Shown: positions 30,543 through 40,924, numbered from the stretch's first letter. The stretch is DNA of 49,996 nt from an uncultured Prevotella sp. (GCA_900762125.1 CAAFFL010000172.1:1-49996), one strand, 5' to 3'. Notes: generated from the letters alone by a model not told the origin. Translations and numbers: made by a program.

Positions 30543-31091
30543 ATGTTTATTGCACAACAGATTCGCAAGAAATCCATCGTGGAGTATCTGCTCTATATGT
30601 GGCAGATCGAGGACCTCATCCGCGCCTACGGCTGCTCGTTGAGCCGCATACGCCGGGAGTATATCGACCGCTTCACCGACTATACCGACGACCAGCGCGA
30701 CGAGGAGGCCGACTGGTTTGGCAACCTCATCCGGATGATGAACGAGGAGGGCTGCCGCGACCGTGGCCACCTGAGCATCAACCGCGTGCTCCTCGGCGAC
30801 CTCACCGACCTCCACGAGCAGCTTCTAGAGTCGAACAAATTCCCGTTCTACAACGCGGAGTACTATAAGGTGCTGCCGTTCATCGTCGAGCTCCGCAACA
30901 AGAGCGACAAGCAGCTGGGCGAGATAGAGACCTGTCTCGACGCCCTCTACGGCATCATGGTCCTCCGCATGCAGCAGAAGGAAATCTCCCTCGACACGCA
31001 GCACGCCATCCAGGAGATCACGACCTTCGTCGGCCTTCTCAGCGACTACTATCAGAAGGACTGCACCGAGGGCATCGACTGGGGAGAGTAG
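30543..31091 (+). CDS. Conserved Bacteroidetes protein (DUF4924-like)
   Basis: N-terminal IVEYLLYMWQIEDLIRA motif. Confidence 0.8.
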   Translation: MFIAQQIRKKSIVEYLLYMWQIEDLIRAYGCSLSRIRREYIDRFTDYTDDQRDEEADWFGNLIRMMNEEGCRDRGHLSINRVLLGDLTDLHEQLLESNKFPFYNAEYYKVLPFIVELRNKSDKQLGEIETCLDALYGIMVLRMQQKEISLDTQHAIQEITTFVGLLSDYYQKDCTEGIDWGE

Positions 31092-31162
31092 TTGATGGTT
31101 GATAGTTGACGGTTGATGGTTTTGAGTACCGTTAATAAAAACCGGCACGTTCTACGTGCCGA
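31091..31162. repeat. Heptamer tandem repeat plus a 41-bp REP-like element (copy 1)
   Basis: (GTTGAYR)x4 at 31091-31118; TTGAGTACCGTTAATAAAAACCGGCACGTTCTACGTGCCGA at 31122-31162. Confidence 0.85.
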
Positions 31163-31181
31163 ATGCTAAAAAAGAAAAGAA

Positions 31182-32066
31182 ATGAACATTCTAGTCACTG
31201 GCGCTAACGGTCAGCTCGGCAACGAGATGCAGATCGTCAGCAAAGAAACAAAGAACGACCGCTACATCTTCACCGATGTGTGCAACGGATACGAACATCT
31301 GGACATTACTGACCTCGACGCCATCCGCCGGATGGTGCGCGAGCAGGACGTCCGCTGCATCATCAACTGCGCAGCGTGGACAAACGTCGACGGCGCGGAG
31401 ACACCGGAGAAGCGCGACCTCGTTGAGCGCCTGAACGCCACGGCCCCGGAGAACCTCGCCCTCGCCATGCGGGAGGTCGGCGGACTCCTCGTCCACATCT
31501 CCACGGACTACGTCTTCGGCGGTGACCCCTACAACACCCCGTGCCGCGAGGACCAGAAGGGCACGCCGACGGGCGTCTACGGCCTGACGAAGCTGCACGG
31601 CGAGGAGAAGATCATCGCCTCTGGCGCGGACTACCTCATCTTCCGCACCGCCTGGCTCTACTCGGAGTTTGGTAAGAACTTCGTCAAGACGATGCTCAAC
31701 CTCACGGAGACGAAGCCGCAGCTGAAGGTCGTCTTCGACCAGTGTGGCACGCCGACGTACGCCTACGACCTCGCCCAGGCGATCTTCACGATCATCGACC
31801 AGCGGCAGTATGCGGGCAAGAGCGGCATCTACCATTTCAGCAACGAGGGCGTGACGTCGTGGTACGACTTCACGAAGATGATTGCCCTGTTCAGCGGTCA
31901 CACCGCCTGCGACATCCAGCCCTGCCACAGCAACGAGTTCCCCTCGCCCGTCAAGCGGCCCGCCTACAGTGTGCTGGACAAAACCAAGATCAAGGAAACC
32001 TTCCAGATAACCATCCCCTACTGGCTAGACAGCCTGTGCCGCTGCATAAAGAACATGGGCCTCTAA
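31182..32066 (+). CDS. rfbD: dTDP-4-dehydrorhamnose reductase
   Basis: ILVTGANGQLG, HISTDYVFGG, YGLTK, RPAYSVL. Confidence 0.96.
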   Translation: MNILVTGANGQLGNEMQIVSKETKNDRYIFTDVCNGYEHLDITDLDAIRRMVREQDVRCIINCAAWTNVDGAETPEKRDLVERLNATAPENLALAMREVGGLLVHISTDYVFGGDPYNTPCREDQKGTPTGVYGLTKLHGEEKIIASGADYLIFRTAWLYSEFGKNFVKTMLNLTETKPQLKVVFDQCGTPTYAYDLAQAIFTIIDQRQYAGKSGIYHFSNEGVTSWYDFTKMIALFSGHTACDIQPCHSNEFPSPVKRPAYSVLDKTKIKETFQITIPYWLDSLCRCIKNMGL

Positions 32067-32077
32067 GCCGCAGGGGG

Positions 32078-32169
32078 TTGAGTACCGTTAATATAAATCG
32101 GCACGTTTAACGTGCCGACCTATAAAAACGGTACGCGTGCCGACCTATAATAAACGGCACGCGTGCCGA
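32078..32169. repeat. 41-bp REP-like element (copy 2) plus two more GGYACGCGTGCCGA units
   Basis: 37/41 identity to 31122-31162; further units ACGGTACGCGTGCCGA and ACGGCACGCGTGCCGA. Confidence 0.85.
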
Positions 32170-32188
32170 ACAACCGAAACAAAGCATC

Positions 32189-33781
32189 ATGAACAAGCAA
32201 ATAGAACGCCGCCGCACCTTCGCCATCATCTCGCACCCGGATGCGGGAAAGACAACCCTCACCGAGAAGTTCCTGCTCTTCGGTGGACAGATACAAGTGG
32301 CCGGGGCCGTGAAGAGCAACAAGATCCGCAAGACCGCCACGTCCGACTGGATGGACATCGAGAAGCAGCGTGGCATCTCCGTCTCCACCTCCGTCATGGA
32401 GTTCGACTATCTCCCTGAAGGCCAGGAAGGTGAGCCCTACAAGGTGAACATCCTCGACACGCCGGGCCACCAGGACTTTGCCGAGGACACCTACCGCACG
32501 CTAACGGCCGTGGACTCCGCGATTATCGTCGTCGACTCCGCCAAGGGTGTGGAGGCACAGACGCGAAAACTCATGGAAGTTTGCCGCATGCGGAACACGC
32601 CCGTGATCATCTTCATCAACAAGATGGACCGCGAGGGCCGCGACCCCTTCGACCTCCTCGACGAGCTCGAAGAGGAGCTGCAGATCCATGTCCGCCCCCT
32701 GTCGTGGCCTATCGGTCAGGGCATGAAGTTCAAGGGCGTCTACAACATCTACGAGCAGCAACTGAACCTCTTCACGCCGAACAAGCAGCGCGTGACGGAG
32801 AAGGTCGCCGTCGACATCCAGAGCAAGGACCTCGAGCAGCATGTCGGCGACCAGGAGGCACAGCGCCTGCGCGACGACCTCGAGCTGGTCGACGGCGTCT
32901 ATCCGGAGTTCGACGTCGACGACTATCGCGCGGCAGAGGTCGCACCGGTGTTCTTCGGCTCGGCCCTGAACAACTTTGGCGTGCAGGAGCTCCTCAACTG
33001 CTTCGTGGAGATTGCCCCCTCACCTCGCCCAACGAAGGCCGAGGAGCGCATGGTGGAACCCGAGGAACCGAAGTTCACCGGCTTCATCTTCAAGATCACT
33101 GCCAACATCGATCCGAACCACCGCTCGTGCATCGCCTTCTGCAAGGTCTGCTCGGGAAAGTTTCAGCGCAACGTGCCCTACTATCTCGTCCGCCAGGGCA
33201 AGACCGTCCGCTTCACCTCGCCCACACAGTTTATGGCGCAGCGCAAGAGCACCGTCGACGAGGCGTGGCCGGGCGACATCGTCGGACTGCCGGACAACGC
33301 GGGAACGTTCAAGATCGGCGACACGCTGACCGAGGGCGAGCAGATCCACTTCCGCGGCCTGCCGTCGTTCTCGCCGGAGTTGTTCAAATACATCGAGAAC
33401 GACGACCCGATGAAGTCGAAACAGTTCCAGAAGGGCATCGAGCAGCTCATGAACGAGGGTGTGGCGCAGCTCTTCGTCAACCAGTTCAACAACCGTCGTG
33501 TCATCGGCACCGTCGGCCAACTGCAGTTTGAGGTCATCCAGTACCGACTGGAGCACGAGTACAACGCGAAGTGTCGCTGGGAGCCAGTCCACCTCTACAA
33601 GGCCTGCTGGATAGAGAGCGACGACGACGCGGAGCTGGACAACTTCAAGAAGCGCAAATACCAGTACATGGCCAAGGACATCGAGGGCCGTGACGTCTTC
33701 CTCGCCGACTCCTCCTACGTCCTCTCCATGGCGCAGCAGGACTTCGAACATATCCGTTTCCACTTCACCAGCGAGTTCTAA
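32189..33781 (+). CDS. prfC: Peptide chain release factor 3
   Basis: [35 protein letters not shown]. Confidence 0.98.
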   Translation: MNKQIERRRTFAIISHPDAGKTTLTEKFLLFGGQIQVAGAVKSNKIRKTATSDWMDIEKQRGISVSTSVMEFDYLPEGQEGEPYKVNILDTPGHQDFAEDTYRTLTAVDSAIIVVDSAKGVEAQTRKLMEVCRMRNTPVIIFINKMDREGRDPFDLLDELEEELQIHVRPLSWPIGQGMKFKGVYNIYEQQLNLFTPNKQRVTEKVAVDIQSKDLEQHVGDQEAQRLRDDLELVDGVYPEFDVDDYRAAEVAPVFFGSALNNFGVQELLNCFVEIAPSPRPTKAEERMVEPEEPKFTGFIFKITANIDPNHRSCIAFCKVCSGKFQRNVPYYLVRQGKTVRFTSPTQFMAQRKSTVDEAWPGDIVGLPDNAGTFKIGDTLTEGEQIHFRGLPSFSPELFKYIENDDPMKSKQFQKGIEQLMNEGVAQLFVNQFNNRRVIGTVGQLQFEVIQYRLEHEYNAKCRWEPVHLYKACWIESDDDAELDNFKKRKYQYMAKDIEGRDVFLADSSYVLSMAQQDFEHIRFHFTSEF

Positions 33782-33848
33782 GAAGGGGGTCTCTGGCCTC
33801 TTCCCTTCTTTTCTACTGCAAAAAAGGGCTGACCTCACGGTCAGCCCT
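33781..33848. terminator. Paired terminators for convergent prfC and the RND/LpxA-like operon
   Basis: AGAAGGG/CCCTTCT plus T-run (plus strand); AGGGCTGACC/GGTCAGCCCT plus T-run (minus strand). Confidence 0.75.
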
Positions 33849-33886
33849 CACTGAAAAAACGAGTAATCCCACGTATAGGAATAGGA

Positions 33887-34660
33887 TTACATCTTTGTTA
33901 TGATTCCCTCCTTTGTCGACTGCAGGAACTGGATGATGTTCTGGATCTCCTTGCTGTCGGGTACCTGATGCTTAATCTGCAGCGTGGCATCGAAGACACT
34001 TGTCAGGCCGTGGAACACCAGTCGGTAGGCATTGGCGACATGCTTCTGCACCTTCGGGTCAATCTGTGCCACGGTCATCATCGTGTTGTTCGGGCCACCG
34101 TACTTCACGGGGTTGCCACCGGCGATGATGTAGGGCGGCACATCCTTGGAGAAGGTCGTACCAGCCTGAATCATAGCGAGGTCACCCACACGCGTTCCAG
34201 CGTTCATGATAACCGACGACGAGAAGATGACACCCATGCCAATCTTGCAGTTGCCGGCGATCTTTGTACCGTAGCCAAGCACGTTCTTATTGCCAATCTT
34301 CGCGTCGTGACTAACGTGAGAGCCCTCCATGAGGAAGTTGTCGTCACCAATGACGGTCTGGCCACCCTCATGGGTAGCACGGTTGATGACCACATTCTCG
34401 CGGATGATGTTGTTGTTGCCGATGATGCACTCCGTGCGCTCACCGCAGAACTCGAAGTCCTGCGGCAGCGCGCCGATGACGGCACCCTGGTGTACCTTGT
34501 TGTCCGAGCCCATCTTTGTACCATTGAGGATACTCACGAAGGGGAAGATGACACAGTTGTCACCAATCTCCACGTTGTCCTCAATATAGACAAAGGGGAA
34601 TATCGTTACGTTGTTGCCGATCTTGGCTTTCGGCGAGACAACGGCTTTATCACTAATCAT
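33887..34660 (-). CDS. LpxA-like hexapeptide-repeat acyltransferase (divergent paralogue)
   Basis: Left-handed beta-helix repeats, PQD, IRENVVINRAT, HVSHD, KDVPPY and LpxA-type C-terminal helical domain. Confidence 0.85.
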   Translation of the reverse strand: MISDKAVVSPKAKIGNNVTIFPFVYIEDNVEIGDNCVIFPFVSILNGTKMGSDNKVHQGAVIGALPQDFEFCGERTECIIGNNNIIRENVVINRATHEGGQTVIGDDNFLMEGSHVSHDAKIGNKNVLGYGTKIAGNCKIGMGVIFSSSVIMNAGTRVGDLAMIQAGTTFSKDVPPYIIAGGNPVKYGGPNNTMMTVAQIDPKVQKHVANAYRLVFHGLTSVFDATLQIKHQVPDSKEIQNIIQFLQSTKEGIITKM

Positions 34661-34699
34661 ATTCTTTGAACTTTGAAGTTTGAACTTTGAATTTTATGA

Positions 34700-36079
34700 T
34701 TACTTAGCACCGCCACCGAGAGCCTGATAGAGGTTCACAACAGCCTGCATCTTGTAGAAGTCATCTGCTACCTTGCTCAGCTCTGCGTTCAGCAACTGCG
34801 ACTGTGCACTGATGACTTCCAAATAGGTGCTTCCGGCGCTGGCCATGAGGGCACGGGTGTCCTCAACGTTCTGCTTCAGGACCTCAATCTGGCGAGCTTC
34901 AATCTGGCTCTTCTCCGCAGAAGTGTTGTAGAGCACGAGGGCATTGCTAACCTCCGATCCAGCCTTGAGGATGCTGTTCTGCCAGGTGTTGTAAGCCTGC
35001 TGGTACTGGTCCTTCGCAGCACGCAGACCAGCGGTGAGCTGTCCGTTCATGAAGATGGGCTGCACCAGTGAGCCTACGGCCGAGGCGAGCCACTTGCCCG
35101 GGTTCACCAGTCCGTTGCCATTGCTGAAGCCGCCGGTGCCGGAGATTGTCAGCTGTGGATAGAAGCGGCTGCGTGCCTGCTGAACATTGTAGAAGCAGGC
35201 AGCAAGGCTCATCTCGTAGGCATGCACGTCGGCACGGTTGCGCAGCAAGTCGATGCTCACGCCAGTTGCGAACGTCGACGGCAGCACCTCGTCATCGATG
35301 CTCCCGCGGGCGATGGCACCGGCGGGCTCACCGAGAATCAGGCTCAGGGCGTTCTCCGTCTCGCGGATCTGCCGCTTGAGGTCAGCCTTCTGCGCCTGCA
35401 CGCTCAGGTAGTTGGCCTCAGCGCTCTGCACAGCCGTGGAGCGCACGCCGCGTACCAGACCCTGCTGAGCCTTCATGATGTCCCAGGTCTCCTTCGTCAG
35501 TTTCTCCATGTCCTCCACAATCTGGTATTGCTTGTCGAGCATCTCCAGGGTGTAATACATGTTGGCCACGTTGGAGACGAGCTGGGTCTGCACGAGAACC
35601 TTATAGTCCTGCGTCTGGAGCAGCGACATCTGAGCAGATTTCTTCGCATTGCGAAGGTTGCCGAAGAGATCCACCGTCCAACTGGCGTTCACAGGGAGCG
35701 AATAGCTCTTGGTAGTGTTCTCGTTGAAACGGGTGATCGTTCCCTGCGGCGTGAAAGTGAACTGCGGCACGAAGGCGAGCTTGGCTGCCTTCAACTGAGC
35801 CTCAGCCATGTCTACGTTGAGGGTAGCGTTGAGCAGGTCCGGATTGTTGGCCAGTGCCTTCTCGATGAGCGTCTGCAGCTGCAGCGAGGTGAACACCTGT
35901 CGCCATGGCAGGTTGGCGAAACTCGTCGTATCGGTCACGGCCAGCGTACCCACGCCCGAGGTGTCGCGGACAATGCCATCGGCCTTCACCTGCGGGCGCT
36001 CGTAGGTGCCATAGAGGCTCTTACAGCCCGTAAGGCTCACCAAGGCAAGGCATGCTATGATGATTTTTATTGATTTCAT
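34700..36079 (-). CDS. TolC/OprM-family outer-membrane efflux lipoprotein
   Basis: ATG 36079 gives lipobox LTGC; ALANNPDL; C-terminal LYQALGGG. Confidence 0.92.
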   Translation of the reverse strand: MKSIKIIIACLALVSLTGCKSLYGTYERPQVKADGIVRDTSGVGTLAVTDTTSFANLPWRQVFTSLQLQTLIEKALANNPDLLNATLNVDMAEAQLKAAKLAFVPQFTFTPQGTITRFNENTTKSYSLPVNASWTVDLFGNLRNAKKSAQMSLLQTQDYKVLVQTQLVSNVANMYYTLEMLDKQYQIVEDMEKLTKETWDIMKAQQGLVRGVRSTAVQSAEANYLSVQAQKADLKRQIRETENALSLILGEPAGAIARGSIDDEVLPSTFATGVSIDLLRNRADVHAYEMSLAACFYNVQQARSRFYPQLTISGTGGFSNGNGLVNPGKWLASAVGSLVQPIFMNGQLTAGLRAAKDQYQQAYNTWQNSILKAGSEVSNALVLYNTSAEKSQIEARQIEVLKQNVEDTRALMASAGSTYLEVISAQSQLLNAELSKVADDFYKMQAVVNLYQALGGGAK

Positions 36080-36093
36080 ATTCTTAATTATTA

Positions 36094-36204
36094 ATCCTCT
36101 CCAAGCCCCTCCAAAGGAGGGGATGTTGATTACATAATGCTTTACCCAATAGTGGGCTCTTTTACATTTCCACATCCCCTCCTTTGGAGGGGCTTGGGGA
36201 GGAT
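36094..36204. repeat. REPIN/MITE-like element with 33-bp inverted arms
   Basis: 36094-36126 and 36172-36204 are reverse complements at 32/33 positions; each arm is itself a hairpin (CCCCTCC-AAA-GGAGGGG). Confidence 0.9.
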
Positions 36205-36209
36205 ATGTG

Positions 36210-39200
36210 TTATCTATATTGATCTACGTAGGTCTCCATCTTCTTGTGATGTGCATACTGCTGGAGTTCGAGGGCAGCATCCTGGTTTTCCTCATCGTCG
36301 AAGCGCAGCGGCTTGATCTTCTCCTGCAGCCACTGGAAGGCTACGAAGAGTGCCGGCACAACGAAGATTTGAGTCAGCGTACCGAGGAGCATACCACCAA
36401 CAGCAGCAGCACCCAGCGTCTGGTTACCATTGTGGCCTACACCTGATGCGAACATCAGCGGCAGCAGACCGATGATCATGGCGAGCGACGTCATGAGGAT
36501 AGGACGCAGACGAGCCGCAGCACCGAGGATAGCCGAATACTTCAGAGCCATACCCGTCTGGCGGCGCTCGAGGGCGAACTGCACAATCAGAATAGCGTTC
36601 TTGGCCAACAGACCGATCAACATGATGAGCGAGATCTGCATGTAGATGTCGTTGGAGTGGCCGAAGATGTCGGTGAACAGGAATGCGCCAGCCAAACCAA
36701 ACGGCACGGAGAGCACCACTGCCAACGGCAGAATGTAGCTCTCATACTGAGCAGAGAGGATGAGGTACACGAAGACGATACACATCAGGAACACGATGCC
36801 CGTGGTGTTGCTCTGCTCATTCTCCGAACGGGTCAGACCCGAGAACTCGTAGTCGTAGCCCGTAGGCAGTGTCTGCTCAGCCACCTCCTGCACAGCCTTG
36901 ATGGCCTGACCAGAGGAGTAGCCGTCGGCCGGCGTCACCTGGCAGTCGATGGAGGTGAACAGGTTGAAACGACTCACCGTCGACGGTCCGTAGACACGCT
37001 GCAGGTTGACAAACTCGCTCACAGGCGACATGCCACTCGGCGTGCGGACATAGATGTTCGACAAGCCCTCCTTCGTCATACGACTGTCTACCGTACTCTG
37101 AATGTAAACACGGTAGAGCTTACCGTAGGCATTGAAGTTGGAGGCATAGAGACCACCGTAGTAGCCTTGCAGCACAGACATCACAGCTGAGGGCGAGATG
37201 CCGGCCTGCTTGGTCTTGGCCACATCCACGTCAATCATATACTGAGGATAGTTCGGGTTATACGACGTCATAGCCTTCTGCACCTCCGGGCGCTCCTGCA
37301 CCTTCGTGAGGAACTCCTTGGTGATGTTGAAGAACTTGTTCAGGTCGCCACCCGTCTTGTCCTGCATGGAGATGGTCACGGCGTTGGTTGCCGAGAAGCC
37401 CGGCACCATAGGTGGACCGAAGGCAAGGATCTGAGCATCCTTAATGTTGGCAATCTGCTTATAGATCATACCCAAGACGGAGTTACGCTCCATTGGGTTG
37501 ACGAAGAAACGGCTGATGCCGTCACCTTCCCACAGACCAGAGATCTTATGCCAGAAGCCATTCTCACGCTCATCAAACGGCTTGAGCTTGATGATGAACG
37601 TACCCTGGTCAGAGCCGGCACCGGCAATGAAGTTGTAGCCTACAATCTGCTGGCGCATCGCCACGGCGGGGTTATGGGCGAGCATAGAGTCTACCTCTGC
37701 AACAATCTGCTTCGTGCGTGCCTTGGTCGTACCCGGCTGAGCAGAGATCGTAGCGAACACCACGCCCGTATCCTCATCAGGCACCAGACCGGTACGTGTG
37801 GTAACCATCGTGAAAGCTAACAGGCCAATACCTATGACGACAATACCACCTGCAATCCACTTATGGTTGATGACGCCTTCCACGCCCTTGCGGTATTTGT
37901 TAAGCACCTTGTCGTACTGTGCATTGAACGAAGCATGGAAGCGGTCGACCATCGACATCTTCTTGCCTTCCTCGTCCTTCGGCTTCAGGAAGATGGCACA
38001 GAGAGCGGGCGAGAGCGTCAAGGCGTTGATAGCCGAGATGACGATAGACACGGCCATCGTGACACCGAACTCACGATAGAACGTACCCGAGATACCACCA
38101 ATGAACGACACGGGGATGAACACGCACGCCATAACAAGGGTGATGGAGATGATGGCCGACGAGATCTCGTTCATGGCATCGATACTGGCCGTGAGCGCAC
38201 TCTTGTAGCCTTGGTCGAGCTTGGCATGCACAGCCTCGACGACCACGATGGCATCGTCCACCACAATGGCAATTGCCAAGAGCAATGCCGAGAGCGTTAG
38301 CAAGTTGATGGAGAAGCCGAAGAGGTTCAGGAAGATGAACGTACCCACAAGGGCTACCGGCACAGCAATCAAGGGGATGAGCGTAGAGCGGAAGTCCTGC
38401 AGGAAGATGTACACCACAAGGAACACCAGTGCGAGCGTAAGGAACAGGGTGAAGATCACCTCATGAATAGAAGCGAAGAGGAACTCCGTCACGTCGTAAG
38501 TCAGCTTATACTCCACACCCGGTGGGAACGACTTGGCGGCATCGTCAAGGGCCTGCTTCACATCGGTGGCAATCTGCGTAGCATTTGAGCCGGCAATCTG
38601 CTGCACCATACTCATCACAGCTGGCTTGCCATTGAACTGGAGGTCTACCGAGTACTCCTGCTTACCTAGCTCCACTTTTGCCACATCCTTGAGCTTCAAG
38701 GTCTGACCGGTCGTCGTGCTGGAGAGGACGATGTTCTCAAACTCCGTGGCTGTCTTCAGACGACCTTTATAGCGAAGGGTATACTGGAACGCACGGTCAC
38801 TCTCATCGCCGAAGTCGCCAGGGGCGGCCTCAATGTTCTGTTGAGCCAGAGCACCTGCGACATCACTCGGGACGAGGCCGTACTGCTTCATCTTCTGGGG
38901 GGCGAGCCAAATACGCATGGCGTAGGTACCCGTCGAAGGGCTGCCCACACTACCCACACCGTTGATACGCTTCAGCGTAGGAACGATGTTGATGTCGTTG
39001 TAGTTGGTCAGGAACTGGTCGTCGTACTGCCCTTCCGTAGAGGTGAGAGCATACATGATGACCTGCGACGTCTGACGCTTGTTAACCTGCACACCAGCCT
39101 GTGTGGTCTCGGCAGGCAGAAGGGCTTGGGCCTGTTGCACACGGTTCTGCACGTTCACGGCAGCCATGTCGGCATCGGAGCCCTGCTTGAAGTAGACGGT

Positions 39201-39470
39201 GATTTGCGAGAAGCCCGAAGCGGAGCTGGAGGTCATGTAGGTCATGTTCTCCACACCGTTGATGCTTTCCTCCAGAGGCGTGGTCACCGACTTCATCACC
39301 GTCTGGGCATCAGCACCCGGATAGGCAGCCATCACCATGATGGTAGGCGGTGCAATGTCAGGGTACTGCTCGATCGGCAGCGACACCAGACCGATGGTAC
39401 CCAGCAACACGAAGAAGATGGACACCACGGTGGAGAGCACCGGTCGTTTTATGAAATTACTGAATGACAT
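36210..39470 (-). CDS. RND efflux permease (HAE1/AcrB family)
   Basis: FIKRPV, LPIEQYPDIAPP, IVVDDAIVVVE, RLRPILMTS. Confidence 0.96.
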   Translation of the reverse strand: MSFSNFIKRPVLSTVVSIFFVLLGTIGLVSLPIEQYPDIAPPTIMVMAAYPGADAQTVMKSVTTPLEESINGVENMTYMTSSSASGFSQITVYFKQGSDADMAAVNVQNRVQQAQALLPAETTQAGVQVNKRQTSQVIMYALTSTEGQYDDQFLTNYNDINIVPTLKRINGVGSVGSPSTGTYAMRIWLAPQKMKQYGLVPSDVAGALAQQNIEAAPGDFGDESDRAFQYTLRYKGRLKTATEFENIVLSSTTTGQTLKLKDVAKVELGKQEYSVDLQFNGKPAVMSMVQQIAGSNATQIATDVKQALDDAAKSFPPGVEYKLTYDVTEFLFASIHEVIFTLFLTLALVFLVVYIFLQDFRSTLIPLIAVPVALVGTFIFLNLFGFSINLLTLSALLLAIAIVVDDAIVVVEAVHAKLDQGYKSALTASIDAMNEISSAIISITLVMACVFIPVSFIGGISGTFYREFGVTMAVSIVISAINALTLSPALCAIFLKPKDEEGKKMSMVDRFHASFNAQYDKVLNKYRKGVEGVINHKWIAGGIVVIGIGLLAFTMVTTRTGLVPDEDTGVVFATISAQPGTTKARTKQIVAEVDSMLAHNPAVAMRQQIVGYNFIAGAGSDQGTFIIKLKPFDERENGFWHKISGLWEGDGISRFFVNPMERNSVLGMIYKQIANIKDAQILAFGPPMVPGFSATNAVTISMQDKTGGDLNKFFNITKEFLTKVQERPEVQKAMTSYNPNYPQYMIDVDVAKTKQAGISPSAVMSVLQGYYGGLYASNFNAYGKLYRVYIQSTVDSRMTKEGLSNIYVRTPSGMSPVSEFVNLQRVYGPSTVSRFNLFTSIDCQVTPADGYSSGQAIKAVQEVAEQTLPTGYDYEFSGLTRSENEQSNTTGIVFLMCIVFVYLILSAQYESYILPLAVVLSVPFGLAGAFLFTDIFGHSNDIYMQISLIMLIGLLAKNAILIVQFALERRQTGMALKYSAILGAAARLRPILMTSLAMIIGLLPLMFASGVGHNGNQTLGAAAVGGMLLGTLTQIFVVPALFVAFQWLQEKIKPLRFDDEENQDAALELQQYAHHKKMETYVDQYR

Positions 39471-39506
39471 ATTCTTTGAACTTTGATCTTTGAACTTTGA
39501 ACTTGA

Positions 39507-40706
39507 TTACTTCCCAGTCATCGTCTTGATGAAACCAGAAGCAGAGCCCTGACTCTTGGCATCCTCAGCGGCCTTCTTGATATTCTCCTGATACTGTGCC
39601 TCTGTGATCGGAGTGATCTTCATGCCATCGGTCAGCGTGGTGATACCCTTTGTCACAATGCGGTCGCCGGTATGAAGACCATCTGTGACGACATAGTTAA
39701 TGCCGTCGTCCTGAGGATCAACCTTGATCTCGGTATACTTCACCTTATTATCTTTACCCACGACATAGACGAACACCTTATCCTGCACCTGCGAGCAAGC
39801 CTCCTGCGGAACAATGATGGCGTTGTTGTCAAACTTCGGGATGATGATGGCACCAGCCCCACCACTCTTCAGCAGCTTCTGCGGGTTGGAGAAGTGGGCG
39901 ATGAGGGAGATAGAACCCGTGGTGGCATCGATGACGCCGCTGGCCTTCACCACCTTGCCCGGCTGATTGTAGACAGTACCGTCGGCCAACTGAAGCTTCA
40001 CCTGCGGGAAGCTGGCAATGGCAGCCTGCACCGAGCCACTGGTCTTGGCCAGGGCGAGGATCGCACTCTCACTCATGGAGAAGAACACCTCCATCGTACT
40101 GGTGTTAGAAACTGTTGTCAACGGATCCTGAATGGAAGGACCAACGAGCGCACCCTCCTTATAAGGCAGGGAGCCCACCACGCCGGCAGCGGGAGAGGTG
40201 ACAGTGCACCATGCCAGCGTCTCACGGCACGATGCAACGGAAGCGGCAGCCTGAGCCACCTGAGCCTGAGCCGTCATATAAGAGTTCTTGGCTGTGGAGA
40301 GCTCATACTCGCCAATGATGTGCTGGTCGAAGAGCTTCTTGTTGTTCTCGTAGGTCAAGCGTGCGGTGTTCAATTGCGACTTCGCCGTATTCAGCGCAGC
40401 CTCAGCCTGACGCAGGGAGGCACGGTAGGTCTCGCTATCAATGGTGAACAGCACCTGACCAGCGCTGACCGTCTGGCCTTCATGCACATAGACCTTGGTG
40501 ATAAAGCCCGACACCTTCGGCCGGATCTGCACATCCTGGATACCCTTGATGGTAGCCGGATAGGTGGTCTGCATCGTCGTCGACGAAGCACCAATGGTCA
40601 CTACGGGATACTTGTCGCTGGTAGGCAGTCCACCACCGGACTTTCCTCCACACGCAACAAGCGTAGCAGCAGCTGCTGCAATGAACAAACAATTTCTAAT
40701 TTTCAT
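39507..40706 (-). CDS. RND periplasmic adaptor (AcrA-like lipoprotein)
   Basis: Lipobox LVAC, IRPKVSGFI, EGQTVSAGQVLFTID. Confidence 0.94.
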   Translation of the reverse strand: MKIRNCLFIAAAAATLVACGGKSGGGLPTSDKYPVVTIGASSTTMQTTYPATIKGIQDVQIRPKVSGFITKVYVHEGQTVSAGQVLFTIDSETYRASLRQAEAALNTAKSQLNTARLTYENNKKLFDQHIIGEYELSTAKNSYMTAQAQVAQAAASVASCRETLAWCTVTSPAAGVVGSLPYKEGALVGPSIQDPLTTVSNTSTMEVFFSMSESAILALAKTSGSVQAAIASFPQVKLQLADGTVYNQPGKVVKASGVIDATTGSISLIAHFSNPQKLLKSGGAGAIIIPKFDNNAIIVPQEACSQVQDKVFVYVVGKDNKVKYTEIKVDPQDDGINYVVTDGLHTGDRIVTKGITTLTDGMKITPITEAQYQENIKKAAEDAKSQGSASGFIKTMTGK

Positions 40707-40822
40707 ACCTATACTTTATAAATTATTGTCTTAATTGAGTTTATATTATCCTAAATCTTATTATCTGCCCTCAACATAGAGCGAGAATTAAAACTCTATC
40801 ACCCTATCGGGTTTTCCGTTTG

Positions 40823-40830
40823 CAAAGATA
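40823..40830 (-). promoter_or_regulatory. -7 promoter element of the efflux operon
   Basis: TATCTTTG on the minus strand. Confidence 0.6.
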
Positions 40831-40924
40831 ATAAGAATATGTGAAAGCTATCACTTGTGCCTTACACATTTAACAAAGATTAAGCGGAACCATAAAAAAG
40901 GAAAAAGCCAAGGAAAAGGGGCGA

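Noticed and set aside
36080..36175. 32-aa N-terminal extension of the TolC ORF
   Set aside because: It translates the REP element; the lipoprotein signal starts at ATG 36079
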